Source: an uncultured Gemmatimonadales bacterium (GTDB lineage: Bacteria; Gemmatimonadota; Gemmatimonadetes; Gemmatimonadales; GWC2-71-9). From it: 64,000 bases of DNA. The position numbers and the translations under genes were made by a program. The DNA lies in assembly GCA_963730185.1 (NCBI GenBank), contig CAVSQW010000014.1, forward strand, positions 224,001 to 288,000. The letters are read 5' to 3'. Under the pieces are notes generated by a model. That model made no database searches. It was given only the letters and a program-made list of their open reading frames with translations, and was not told the origin of the DNA. Shown in pieces: positions 10,017 to 19,697 of the stretch (within the stretch, counting starts at the first letter, position 1; each line of letters begins with the position of its first letter).

Positions 10017-10090
10017 AAACGGTCGTCTGAGTCGGCCGAGCGGCCTCGAAGCACGTTGCCGCCGAGGTGGCGCGACCGGTATCGTGTGGG

Positions 10091-10795
10091 ATGACCGAGC
10101 CTGAACCGCTGATCGCGCTTCGCGACGTCGCCCGCATCTACCGCACGCCCGCCGGCGACTTCGCCGCGCTCGCCGAGGTCGACTTGACCATCGACCGGGG
10201 AGATTTCGCGGTCGTCGTGGGTCAGTCGGGCAGCGGCAAGTCGACCCTGCTGAGTCTCCTGGCCGGGATCGACCGGCCGACCCGCGGCGAGGTCGAGGTC
10301 GCCGGCACCGCCGTGCACCGGCTCTCCGAGCGGGCGCTCACCCCCTGGCGAGGGCGCACCATCGGCTTCGTGTTCCAATTCTTCCAGCTGCTCCCGACCC
10401 TCACCGCGCTCGAGAACGTGATGTTGCCGATGGATTTCTGCGGCACCTTTCCGAGCCGGGAGCGGCCGGGCCGGGCGAGGGCGCTGCTCGATCGGCTGGG
10501 GGTGGCCGACCAGGCCGACAAGCTCCCGGTCACGCTCTCCGGGGGGCAGCAGCAGCGCGTCGCGGTGGCCCGAGCGCTCGCCAACGATCCGCCGGTGCTC
10601 CTGGCCGACGAGCCGACCGGCAATCTCGATTCGCGCACCGCGGGCGCGCTGCTCGAGGTTCTGGCCGGCCTGGCCCACGAAGGCCGGGCCGTGGTGATGG
10701 CAACCCACGATCCCGGCGCGATGCGGCTCGCCTCGCGGACCGTGTCGCTGGCCGACGGGCGGGTCGTCCCCGAGACGGCCGACCGGCATGCTTGA
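10091..10795 (+). CDS. ABC transporter ATP-binding protein (LolD/MacB type)
   Basis: GQSGSGKS, GFVFQFFQL, LSGGQQQR, LADEPTGNLD, TH switch. Confidence 0.95.
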   Translation: MTEPEPLIALRDVARIYRTPAGDFAALAEVDLTIDRGDFAVVVGQSGSGKSTLLSLLAGIDRPTRGEVEVAGTAVHRLSERALTPWRGRTIGFVFQFFQLLPTLTALENVMLPMDFCGTFPSRERPGRARALLDRLGVADQADKLPVTLSGGQQQRVAVARALANDPPVLLADEPTGNLDSRTAGALLEVLAGLAHEGRAVVMATHDPGAMRLASRTVSLADGRVVPETADRHA

Positions 10796-13154
10796 TCCGC
10801 GGTGGCGAAAAGTTCTCCGCGACCTCTGGCTCCACCGGTCGCGACTCCTGCTGGCGGTGCCGGCCATCGCCGGCGGGCTGATCGCCGCGGGCGCGGTGCT
10901 CGACGCCTGGGCCCTGGTCGACCGGGCCACCCGGCAGGGATTCGCCGCGAGCGAGCCGGTGTCCGCCACCCTCGTCACGGACTCGGTGGACGCCCCGCTC
11001 CTCGCCCGGCTCCGGGTTCTGCCCGAGCTCGCGGCGGTGGAAGGCCGGCGGACGGTCCGGGCGACGATCCGGACGCCGGGCCGCGTCGCGGTGGCCGAGC
11101 TCTTCGCGGCCGTGGATCTCGCGGAGGTCCGGATCGGTCGGCTCACCCCGACCGACGGGGCCTGGCCGCCGGCCGACGGCACCATCGTGGTGGAGCGATC
11201 GTCGGTCGACTTCGCCGGGGTGGCCCTCGGCGACCGAGTGTCGATCGCGGTGGGCGATCGAGAGGCCACGATGCTCCGAGTGTCGGGCGTGGCGCGCGAC
11301 GTGGGACTCGCCCCCGGCTGGATGGAGCACGTGGTGTACGGATTCGTCTCCATGGGCACCCTGACCCGGCTCGGCCTCTTGCCGACGCTCGATGAGGTGC
11401 GGCTGGTGGTACGCGACCGAGGTCTCGATCAGGCGACGGTCCGCCGGGTTGCCGATCGAGTCAAGGACGAGATCGAGCGCACCGGCCGGCGGGTGCGGGA
11501 GGTGACGGTCCCCGTTCCCGGAGAGCACATCCATTCCGCCCAGATGAACTCGCTGCTCTTCACCCAGGCGGGCTTCGGGGCGCTGGCCCTGTTGTTGGGC
11601 GCCTTGCTGGTCGTCAATCTGATGTCGGCGATGCTGATCGGGCAGGTGCGAGAAATCGGGGTCATGAAGACGCTCGGGGCTCGCCCTGGGCCTCTGACGG
11701 CGATGTACCTCTCGATGGCCCTGGCGCTCGGGGTCGCGGCCACGGCCGTGGCCTTACCGATCGCCGCCGTGATCGGGCGCCAGTACGGGGCTTTCAAGGG
11801 CGAGCTTCTCAACTTTCCGGTCGAGGGCTACGCCATTCCCTGGTGGGCGATCGCCGTCCAGGCCCTCACCGGCCTGGCCACGCCGCTCCTCGCCGCGGCG
11901 GTCCCGGTCGTGCGGGGATGCCGGCTCACCGTCGGCGAGGCCTTGCGTGACGTCGGGATCGCGGCCGGACAGATCAAGCCGGGCGGGTTCCTCACCCGGG
12001 TCGGCGGCCCGGCGCGCCCCCTCCTCTTCTCGCTCCGCAACGCCTTTCGGCGGCGCCAGCGGTTGGCCTTCACCCTCGTCGCGCTCGCGATGGGCGGGGC
12101 CATCTATCTGGGGGCTCGGAATCTCGAGACCTCGATCGGACGCGGAATGGACCGGGTGTTCGCGCCCCTCCGCTACGATCTCCTGGTCCGGCTCGCCGCG
12201 CCGCAGCCGGCGGACAGCGTCGAGCGGGTCGTCGGACCCCTGGCCGGCGTGGCCCGGGTGGAGGCGTGGACCGGCGCGAGCGCCGAGGTGGTTCACGCCG
12301 ACGGCACCTTCGGCAACGCGTTTCAGATCGCCGGCCCCCCGCCCGACACCCGGCTGGTCCAGCTCGCCATCGCCGAAGGGCATTGGCCGCGGGCCGAGGA
12401 TGGTAATGCCCTGGTGATGAGTCAGGGCCTGGCTCGAACCGAGGGCCTGCACCTTGGCGACAGGGTGACGGTGATGATCGGCGGGCGGGCCAGTCGGTGG
12501 AGCGTGGTTGGGATCGGCGGCCCCGGCGTCTTCGTGGCGGCGGCCTTCGCGCCGCGCGAGGCCCTGGCCGCCGTCGCCACCGGCGGTCTGGCCACCAGCG
12601 CCGCGCTGTCCTTTGCGGTCCAGGGGCCGGCCGCGCGACTCGAGCTGATTCAGCGGGTTCGAGCCGGGCTCGGCGCCGCCGGCCTCCCCGTGACCGCTAC
12701 GAGTCTGACGACCGAATCGCGCGCCGTCGTGGAGGACCATCTCCTCACTGTGGCGGAGTTCCTGGGGGTGATGGCGTGGGTGACGATCGCCGTCGGTGGT
12801 CTGGGGCTGGCCTCGACGATGAGTCTGGCCGTCCTGGAGCGCACCCGGGAGATCGGGGTGCTCCGGGCCATCGGGGCCAGCCATCGAACCATCCTGGTGA
12901 TCGTAATGATCGAGTCGCTGGTGATCGGCGTGCTGAGCTGGGTGGTGGCGCTGCCGCTCGCGGTGCCGATGAGCGCCGTGCTCGCGGCGGCGTTCGGACG
13001 GACGATGTTCTCGGTCCCGCTGACTCTGGTGCCCGACCCGATCGGCCTGGTTACCTGGTTGGGCCTGGTGGTGGCGCTGTCCCTCGCCTCGGCCGCCTGG
13101 CCGGCGTGGCGGGCCACCCGGGTGCCCACTGCCAGGGCGCTGGCCTACGAGTAG
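10788..13154 (+). CDS. FtsX/MacB-like ABC permease with duplicated architecture
   Basis: REIGVMKTLGA and ERTREIGVLRAIGA; two periplasmic and two TM blocks; overlaps ATPase stop. Confidence 0.92.
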   Translation: MLDPRWRKVLRDLWLHRSRLLLAVPAIAGGLIAAGAVLDAWALVDRATRQGFAASEPVSATLVTDSVDAPLLARLRVLPELAAVEGRRTVRATIRTPGRVAVAELFAAVDLAEVRIGRLTPTDGAWPPADGTIVVERSSVDFAGVALGDRVSIAVGDREATMLRVSGVARDVGLAPGWMEHVVYGFVSMGTLTRLGLLPTLDEVRLVVRDRGLDQATVRRVADRVKDEIERTGRRVREVTVPVPGEHIHSAQMNSLLFTQAGFGALALLLGALLVVNLMSAMLIGQVREIGVMKTLGARPGPLTAMYLSMALALGVAATAVALPIAAVIGRQYGAFKGELLNFPVEGYAIPWWAIAVQALTGLATPLLAAAVPVVRGCRLTVGEALRDVGIAAGQIKPGGFLTRVGGPARPLLFSLRNAFRRRQRLAFTLVALAMGGAIYLGARNLETSIGRGMDRVFAPLRYDLLVRLAAPQPADSVERVVGPLAGVARVEAWTGASAEVVHADGTFGNAFQIAGPPPDTRLVQLAIAEGHWPRAEDGNALVMSQGLARTEGLHLGDRVTVMIGGRASRWSVVGIGGPGVFVAAAFAPREALAAVATGGLATSAALSFAVQGPAARLELIQRVRAGLGAAGLPVTATSLTTESRAVVEDHLLTVAEFLGVMAWVTIAVGGLGLASTMSLAVLERTREIGVLRAIGASHRTILVIVMIESLVIGVLSWVVALPLAVPMSAVLAAAFGRTMFSVPLTLVPDPIGLVTWLGLVVALSLASAAWPAWRATRVPTARALAYE

Positions 13155-13170
13155 CCGTCGGGCGAGGCCC

Positions 13171-13515
13171 TCAACGCGACCGGCGGCGGGACCTGACCGG
13201 CGGCTTGGCCCGGATGTGCTCCCACGCCAGCCGCATCGCCTCCCGGACGACCCCTACTCTCGCCGGGCGGAGCGTCACGAGAGTGCTGCCCGAGCGACCC
13301 CAGGCGCCGGCGGCCGGGCGAAAGACCTCCGGCTGACCGCCGATCAGGAACCGCTGATCCTCCGGGTCGAGCGACACCATCCCATGGCCCGTGTCGGGTG
13401 AGCCGAGGGTGGCGAAGATCCGGCCGTTGACGCGGAAGTCGGGGTGTCCCATGTGGGACCCTTCCATCACGCCGTCGAAGCCCAGGGCAAGCCTCCGAAA
13501 CTGATCCGGCGTCAC
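13171..13515 (-). CDS. MmcQ/YjbR family DNA-binding protein
   Basis: EGSHMGHPDFRVNGRIFATL, GAWGRSGST. Confidence 0.8.
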   Translation of the reverse strand: MTPDQFRRLALGFDGVMEGSHMGHPDFRVNGRIFATLGSPDTGHGMVSLDPEDQRFLIGGQPEVFRPAAGAWGRSGSTLVTLRPARVGVVREAMRLAWEHIRAKPPVRSRRRSR

Positions 13516-13517
13516 GC

Positions 13518-13685
13518 TCAGGAGAAGTACTGGCGGGCGATCTTGACGCCGAGGTACATGCCGACCCCCGTGCCGACGGTCGAGAGCACGAAAGCGGTCA
13601 TGAATCCGATCGGGGCGCCGACGTACCAGCCGACGGTGCCGCCGACGGTACCGCCGACAAAGCCGAGCAGTCGTGTGATTGCCAT
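13518..13685 (-). CDS. Small Gly-rich membrane protein, 55 aa (absent from the ORF track)
   Basis: MAITRLLGFVGGTVGGTVGWYVGAPIGFMTAFVLSTVGTGVGMYLGVKIARQYFS; GC3-rich codons; TACATT -10-like box upstream; stop 2 nt before the next gene. Confidence 0.8.
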   Translation of the reverse strand: MAITRLLGFVGGTVGGTVGWYVGAPIGFMTAFVLSTVGTGVGMYLGVKIARQYFS

Positions 13686-13776
13686 GGTCAGACCGGAATG
13701 TACCCCGGCCGGACAGGAAGGTCGATCGGGTGGTCGCTCGAGGCCGGCCTGCGAGCGGCGTCCCCCGGCCGCCGCT

Positions 13777-14275
13777 TTAGAAGAAGCGGCTCAGGTCCCC
13801 GAGGTCGAGGGTGAGCTGATGGGTGATGTTGTTGTTGCTGGGACAGTAGTACCAATGCTCGCCGGTGACGTGGTCGTTCGAGTCGAATTGCTTGACCAGG
13901 AACCGGTACCGCCGACCGGTGGTACATGCGAACTCCAGGTCGTAGACCCAGCGGCCCGTTGTGTTGGGGCTGATCCACACCGACTGCTTGAGCTTCTTCC
14001 ACGGACCGGCCAACAGCGCCGTCACTTGGGATCGTACCTGGCTGTCACGGGAGACGGCGACTCGCCGACTGCCCGTGTTCCTGCCCACCACGTTGATTTT
14101 TGCATCCCATGAGCGCGTCAGCGGCCCCACCGGACCCCGCTACCGCGGCCGATCGGGTGGCGAGCGATCTCGGAGCTGGCTTGGCCACGGACGGCGCTCC
14201 CCAAGCGACCACCCCGATCACCAGAAAGCCGGGGACAAGGACCCTGCCGAACAACGTGACGCTTCGTCGGTGCAT
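13777..14275 (-). pseudogene. Secreted hypothetical protein interrupted by a +1 frameshift in an A5 run (14097-14101)
   Basis: GGAGG RBS and signal peptide MHRRSVTLFGRVLVPGFLVIGVVAWGA; removing one A joins ALMGC-KINVVGRN into a 165-aa ORF. Confidence 0.65.
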
Positions 14276-14385
14276 GGTGGCCTCCACGAGTGGCCGGCGG
14301 TGGCTGAGAGGACGACGTTGGCTCGTCAATCCGACCGCCTGAACGCAGTCTCGGGGAGAAATCCGCCACCACCGCCGGGGGCCGC

Positions 14386-16482
14386 CTAGGGCCGGGCCGC
14401 GAGCGAGTCCCGCCGCGCCAGCGCGGCCTCGAGGCCCGGGATGTAGTCACGACCGGTCTCGATCACGACGCTCGATCCGTCCAGCTGGTCGGTGATCGGG
14501 GCGGCTCGGCCGCCGAGGCACCGGGCCAGAAACTGCTCGCCGATAGCCCAGAATGAGAAACTGTTGGCCGGCCGGAGCAGCCCGTGGCCCTCGTCCGGAT
14601 AGACGGCGTAGACCACCGGAACCCGGGCGGCGGTCATCGCGGCGACCACCGTGTCGGACTGGTACTTCGGCACCCGGGCGTCGTTGCTGCCCTGGCCGAT
14701 CAGGACCGGATGCTGGGTCTGCCCGGCGAAGTTGATCGGTGAGCGCGACCGGAGAAAGGCTCGGCCCGAGTCGGTCCGGGGGTCACCCACGACCTTGGCC
14801 ATCCGGTCCACGTTCCAGTGGGGCATGAACCGCTCGAGGTTCGAGGGGCCGACCAGGTCGATCCCGCAGGCGAAGGCGTCCGGCGTCATCGTCATCCCGA
14901 CCAGCACCTCGTACCCGCCATAGCTCCCCCCGACGATCGCCACTCGCTTCCGATCGATGATGCCCTGGTCGGCGGCCCAATCCACCTGCTGGAGGACGTC
15001 CTCGTGCATCTTGCCGCCCCACTCCAGGTTCTGGCCGTTCATATACCGCTTCCCGAACCCGGCCGAGCCGCGATAGTTGAGGTAGAGCACGGCGTAGCCC
15101 CGGTTCGCGAACCAGTGCACGATCCCGCCGAACGCCCATTGGGCCCGCTCGTCGCTCGGCCCGCCGTGAACCAGGACGACCGCCGGGACCGGAGTGACGG
15201 GCTTCCCGTCCCCATCCGGATCGGTCCAGGGCGGCAGGAGGTAGTAGGAGACGAGCGGCAGCCCGTCCGGCGTCGTCAGCTCGAACGGGTGGAGCTTCGA
15301 GAAGTGGAGGCTGTCGAGGGCAGGCGTGGCCGAAAAGAGCCTGGTCGCCCGGCCGGTGGACCGGTCGTAGACGTAGTAGGCGATCGGGGCGTCGGACATC
15401 AGGTAGCGGACCACCCAGATCCGCTGGTCGCGCGAGCGGCCCAGGACGCTCAGGTCGCCGTCGGCCACCTTGGCGAGCCGGTCGAAGTCGGCCTGGAGGG
15501 TGGGATCGAGGACCGTCCACTTGGTGCGGGTCCAGATCGTGGCGTAGGCCTGGAGCGCGTAGGTCGTGGGGTGATAGAGCACCTCGGCCAGGTCCACCCG
15601 CGGGTCGGCGGCAATCGAATCGCGCTGGCCCGTGGCCGGGTCGAGGGCCACCAGGGCGGCCGCGTCCCGGTGCTCCGAGTCGAAGAGGTAGAGCCGGCGG
15701 TTGTCGCCGTCGAACGCGAGGGCGTTGCGATAGGCGCTGGCGCTCAGGGCCGGCACGTCGTCGGGGCTCAGGTCCCAAACCAGGTCCCAGCCGCCCGATG
15801 GAGTGGGGCGGTAGAGGTCGACCGAGCCGTCCGGAGAGAACCCCATCCCCACCCGCGGGCGGAGGTGGCGGTCGGGAAGCACGGCGAGCATCGCGTCGTT
15901 CTCGAGGATCAGCCGACGCTCACCGGTCTCGAGGTCCAGGCGGTAGAGATCGGGAATCGCCGGGTTCCGGTCCTTGACCGAGATCGCGGCGTAGCGCGGG
16001 TCATCGTCGGAGAAGGCGAGGAGCTGGACCGCGACGCCCGGAAGTGGGGTGAGGGCCCGCTCTTGGCCCGTCTCGATCTCGACCGAGTAGAGGTTCCACT
16101 TCTCGTTGCCGTTCTGGTCCTCGGGGAAGACGATCCGGCGACTGTCGGGCGTCCACCGGTACATGGTGTTGCCGCTCACGTCGCTCGCCTGGAGCCCCCG
16201 GCCGGTGCGGTGGGTCAGCTGGCGGGCCGAATCCGGCGCGCCGGTCGCGGCGACGAACAGGTTGGCGGCGCCGTCGACCGGGCGCATGAAGCTGATCCAC
16301 CGCCCGTCCGGGCTCACGCCGAGGGCGTTGTTGGTCGCGGGGGCCAGGAGGGTCTTCAAGGGACGGAGGGGATCCGGCTCGGGGCTCGCCGATCGGCAGG
16401 CTCCGTTGGCCAACAGGCCCACCGCGATGCCTGCGGTGGTGAGGAGGGGGCGGCCGCCCCGCAACGATCGCAAATGGGCCAT
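14386..16482 (-). CDS. S9 family (prolyl oligopeptidase / acylaminoacyl) peptidase, probable lipoprotein
   Basis: Propeller repeats, VHGGP, NYRGSAGFG, GGSYGG, GSNDARV, DEGHG; signal ending ANGAC. Confidence 0.93.
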   Translation of the reverse strand: MAHLRSLRGGRPLLTTAGIAVGLLANGACRSASPEPDPLRPLKTLLAPATNNALGVSPDGRWISFMRPVDGAANLFVAATGAPDSARQLTHRTGRGLQASDVSGNTMYRWTPDSRRIVFPEDQNGNEKWNLYSVEIETGQERALTPLPGVAVQLLAFSDDDPRYAAISVKDRNPAIPDLYRLDLETGERRLILENDAMLAVLPDRHLRPRVGMGFSPDGSVDLYRPTPSGGWDLVWDLSPDDVPALSASAYRNALAFDGDNRRLYLFDSEHRDAAALVALDPATGQRDSIAADPRVDLAEVLYHPTTYALQAYATIWTRTKWTVLDPTLQADFDRLAKVADGDLSVLGRSRDQRIWVVRYLMSDAPIAYYVYDRSTGRATRLFSATPALDSLHFSKLHPFELTTPDGLPLVSYYLLPPWTDPDGDGKPVTPVPAVVLVHGGPSDERAQWAFGGIVHWFANRGYAVLYLNYRGSAGFGKRYMNGQNLEWGGKMHEDVLQQVDWAADQGIIDRKRVAIVGGSYGGYEVLVGMTMTPDAFACGIDLVGPSNLERFMPHWNVDRMAKVVGDPRTDSGRAFLRSRSPINFAGQTQHPVLIGQGSNDARVPKYQSDTVVAAMTAARVPVVYAVYPDEGHGLLRPANSFSFWAIGEQFLARCLGGRAAPITDQLDGSSVVIETGRDYIPGLEAALARRDSLAARP

Positions 16483-16573
16483 GGGACGCCGACCGACGTG
16501 AGGGAGTGGTTGGAGGACGGGGAAGCCCGAATATACCGGCCGGCCAAGGTGCTCGGGGGCCATTGAAACGTTT

Positions 16574-16600
16574 TGCTCCTGTAGCCCGTCTAACGGAGCA
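16574..16600. promoter_or_regulatory. Imperfect palindrome over padR RBS/start, candidate PadR autoregulatory operator
   Basis: TGCTCCTGTAG-cccgt-CTAACGGAGCA covers the GGAG RBS and the A of ATG 16600. Confidence 0.6.
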
Positions 16601-16935
16601 TGTCTGCCGACCCCCGCTCCGAAATCCTGCCCGGCACCCTCGAGATGCTGGTCCTCAAGATCCTCACCCTGGAGCCCGCCCACGGGTGGGGCATCTCCTT
16701 TCGGCTCCGGTCGATCTCGGGTGAGGTCTTCGACGTCAACCAGGGCTCGCTCTACCCGGCCCTCCAGCGGCTCCTCCGGCGGGGGCTGATCCGGGCCGAG
16801 TGGCGGCCCAGCGAGAACAATCGGCGGGCGCGTTACTACGACATCACCGCCGCGGGTCGGCGGGCACTCGATCTGGCCGTCTCGGACTGGCAGCGGTCGT
16901 CGGGCGCCGTCGATCGCGTGCTGCGCTTCGTGTAA
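16600..16935 (+). CDS. PadR family transcriptional regulator (acidobacterial type)
   Basis: GTLEMLVLKIL, HGWGI, VNQGSLYPALQRL, SENNRRARYY. Confidence 0.95.
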   Translation: MSADPRSEILPGTLEMLVLKILTLEPAHGWGISFRLRSISGEVFDVNQGSLYPALQRLLRRGLIRAEWRPSENNRRARYYDITAAGRRALDLAVSDWQRSSGAVDRVLRFV

Positions 16936-16946
16936 GGGAGGAGTCT

Positions 16947-19658
16947 ATGACCTGGCTTGCCACGCTCCGTTCCGCGCTGTCAGCCCTCTTTCGCCGGCGC
17001 CGGGAAGACCGCGAGCTGGCAGAGGAGATCCGCCACCATCTCGACCTCGAGACCGCGCATCGTGTCCGCCAGGGGACGAGCCCCGGCGCGGCCCGCCGGG
17101 AGGCAGTCCGGGCGTTCGGGGGCGTGGCCCAGGTGCAGGAAGACGTGCGGGACGAGCGGGCCGGCAGCCGGTTCGAGGCGCTCGGCAAGGACGTGAGCTT
17201 TGCCTGGCGGTCGCTGCGGCGGGAGGCCGGCCTGACCGCGCTGGTGGTGCTCACGTTGGGCTTCGGTATCGGGGCGACCACCGCGCTCTTCGCCGTGGTC
17301 AAGAGCGCGCTCCTCGCTCCGCTGCCCTACGCCGATCCCGGCACCGTGGCCGAGGTCTGGAGTGCCTGGAAGGGCTACGACCACACCTGGCTCTCGTACG
17401 ACGAATACGAGGCCTGGAAGGAGGAGATCCCGGCCTTCAAGGACATCGCGCTCTATGGGGGCGGCTCGGTCGACCTCACGGGGGGCGACCAGCCGGAGCG
17501 GGTTCGCGAGACGGACGTCGACCGGAACGTGTTCCCGGTGCTCGGGGTGACGCCCCGGCTGGGACGCAACTTCACGGCCGAGGAGGACCGGCCGGGGGGG
17601 CCGTCGGCGGCAATCATCAGCTACGATCTTTGGCAGCGGCGGTTCGGCGGTGACCCGGCGGTGGTGGGACGGAGCATCGAGGTCAACGGTGTTGCCCGGC
17701 CGCTGGTGGGGGTGATGCCGTCCGGCTTTCGGCTGCCGCTCGACTTCGGGGCCGACGGCCGCACCGATGTCTACCTGCCGCTGGCGACCGATGCCGCGAA
17801 CGAGGGTGCGGTGCCTGGACCGGCGTTCCCGGCCGGCGGGGGCGGTAACCACAACTACTTCGCGGTAGCGCGCTTGACGCCGGGCGCCACGGTCGAGCTC
17901 GCGAACGCCCAGCTCCGCGATCTGGTGGCTCAGCTGACTCGCGACAAGTTCATGACCTCCACGCCCGACTTCCGGGCGTTCGCGGTCCCGGTGACGGAGC
18001 AGGTGAGCGGCAACGTCCGCACCCCCCTCCTAATCCTCCTCGGCGCGGTGGGCGTGGTGCTGCTGATCGCCTGTGCGAACGTGGCGGGCCTGCTGCTGGT
18101 TCGCGGTGAGCGGCGGCGTCGCGAGCTGGCGGTGCGGGTGGCGCTGGGCGCCGATCGGGGGCGGATCACCCGGCTCCTCCTCGCGGAGTCGGCGCTCCTG
18201 GCCGTGATGGGGATGGTGGTCGGTCTGGGTGTGGCTCGGCTCGGCCTCGAAGGTGTTCGCCGGTTCGCCCCGAGCTCGCTGGCGCGAGTGGGCGACGCGC
18301 ATCTCGATCCCTGGCTCCTGACGGCGGCGCTGGCGGTCGCCGGGATCACGGCGCTCCTCACCGGCCTGTTGCCCGCGCTCCAGGCCGCGCGGGTCGCCCC
18401 GGCGGAGGAGATGCGGGAAGGTGGCCGGAGCGCGACGTCCGGCCAGGCCCGGCTCCGGTGGCGCCAGGCGCTGGTGACGGCCGAGGTGGCGCTGGCCGTC
18501 GTCCTGGCAGTCGGCGCGGGGCTCTTGATCCGGACGGTCGCGAATCTCGTCTCGATCGATCCGGGCTTCGACACGCGGGGCATCCTGACGATGCGGCTGT
18601 CGACCCCGTCGACCTGGTATGGCGACTCGCTCCAGGTGACCGCGTTCTGGCGGGACCTCGAGCACGATCTCGCCCAGGTTCCGGGCGTCAAGGCGGTGGG
18701 CAGCGTGCGGCTCCTGCCCCTGGCGACGGAGATGGGCGATTGGGGGGTTCAGGTCGAGGGGTACACCCCCCCGAACGGGCGGGGGTTCACCCCGGCGGAT
18801 TGGCAGATCCTGACGCCCGGCGCTCTTACGGTGCTGGGCTTCCGGCTGCACGAGGGGCGGTTGCTCGGCCCGGCGGACGACATGCAGGGCCCCCTGGCGA
18901 TGGTGGTGAACGAGAGCTTCGCGAAGTCGTACGCGGACGGGCGGTCGCCGCTCGGTCTCCGGGTCAGGATCGGGAGCGCCCTGGGGCCGAACGGGCCCCA
19001 GTACCAGATCGTCGGCGTCGTGGAGGACGCCCGGCACAACACCCTCACCAGCCAGGTCAAGCCGGCCTTCTACGTCACCCCGGCCCAGTTCGCCATGGCC
19101 CCCGGCAGCACCCGGCGGAGCATGAGTCTGGTGCTTCGGACCGACGACGATCCGAAAGCGCTGATCGGTCCCGTTCGGGCGGTGATCCGCCGAGCCGATC
19201 CGCGGCTCCCGATCTCCGAAGTGCGGACCATGCAGGAGATCGTCGACGCGTCGATCGCCGCCCCGGACTTCGCGATGCAGCTACTATCCGGGTTCGGGTT
19301 CCTGGCGCTGACGCTCTCGGCCGTCGGCGTCTTCGGGGTGGTGGCCCACTCCGTCGCGATCCGGCAGCAGGAGTTCGGGATCCGGGCGGCCCTGGGCGCC
19401 CGGCCGTCCGAGCTGCTCCGGATGGCGCTCGGTTCGGGGTTCCGTCAAACCGCGGCCGGCATCGCTATCGGGGTGGGGCTCGCTCTGGTGACGACCCGAC
19501 TGCTCGGATCGATCCTGCAGGGCGTCGGCACGGCCGACCCGCTCACCTTCGGAACGGTGGTGGCGGTGACGGCGCTCGTGACCCTCGGCGCCAGCATGGT
19601 CCCGGCGCTCCGGGCGGCGCGGGCGGAGCCGGGCATGGTGCTCCGCACCGATCAGTAG
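16947..19658 (+). CDS. ADOP-type duplicated ABC permease with permease-prefix domain
   Basis: EEIRHHLDLE..AVRAFGG prefix, LGFGIGATTALF, LLIACANVAGLLL, RRRELAVRVALGA, EFGIRAALGA; GGAGG RBS. Confidence 0.93.
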   Translation: MTWLATLRSALSALFRRRREDRELAEEIRHHLDLETAHRVRQGTSPGAARREAVRAFGGVAQVQEDVRDERAGSRFEALGKDVSFAWRSLRREAGLTALVVLTLGFGIGATTALFAVVKSALLAPLPYADPGTVAEVWSAWKGYDHTWLSYDEYEAWKEEIPAFKDIALYGGGSVDLTGGDQPERVRETDVDRNVFPVLGVTPRLGRNFTAEEDRPGGPSAAIISYDLWQRRFGGDPAVVGRSIEVNGVARPLVGVMPSGFRLPLDFGADGRTDVYLPLATDAANEGAVPGPAFPAGGGGNHNYFAVARLTPGATVELANAQLRDLVAQLTRDKFMTSTPDFRAFAVPVTEQVSGNVRTPLLILLGAVGVVLLIACANVAGLLLVRGERRRRELAVRVALGADRGRITRLLLAESALLAVMGMVVGLGVARLGLEGVRRFAPSSLARVGDAHLDPWLLTAALAVAGITALLTGLLPALQAARVAPAEEMREGGRSATSGQARLRWRQALVTAEVALAVVLAVGAGLLIRTVANLVSIDPGFDTRGILTMRLSTPSTWYGDSLQVTAFWRDLEHDLAQVPGVKAVGSVRLLPLATEMGDWGVQVEGYTPPNGRGFTPADWQILTPGALTVLGFRLHEGRLLGPADDMQGPLAMVVNESFAKSYADGRSPLGLRVRIGSALGPNGPQYQIVGVVEDARHNTLTSQVKPAFYVTPAQFAMAPGSTRRSMSLVLRTDDDPKALIGPVRAVIRRADPRLPISEVRTMQEIVDASIAAPDFAMQLLSGFGFLALTLSAVGVFGVVAHSVAIRQQEFGIRAALGARPSELLRMALGSGFRQTAAGIAIGVGLALVTTRLLGSILQGVGTADPLTFGTVVAVTALVTLGASMVPALRAARAEPGMVLRTDQ

Positions 19659-19697
19659 GCGACGGGCCGGGGCCTGAGCCGGCCCGTCATCGTTCGG

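Noticed and set aside
9929..11359. 673-aa ORF 9338..11359
   Set aside because: Only the last 196 codons look genuine; the rest is antisense to the ABC genes.
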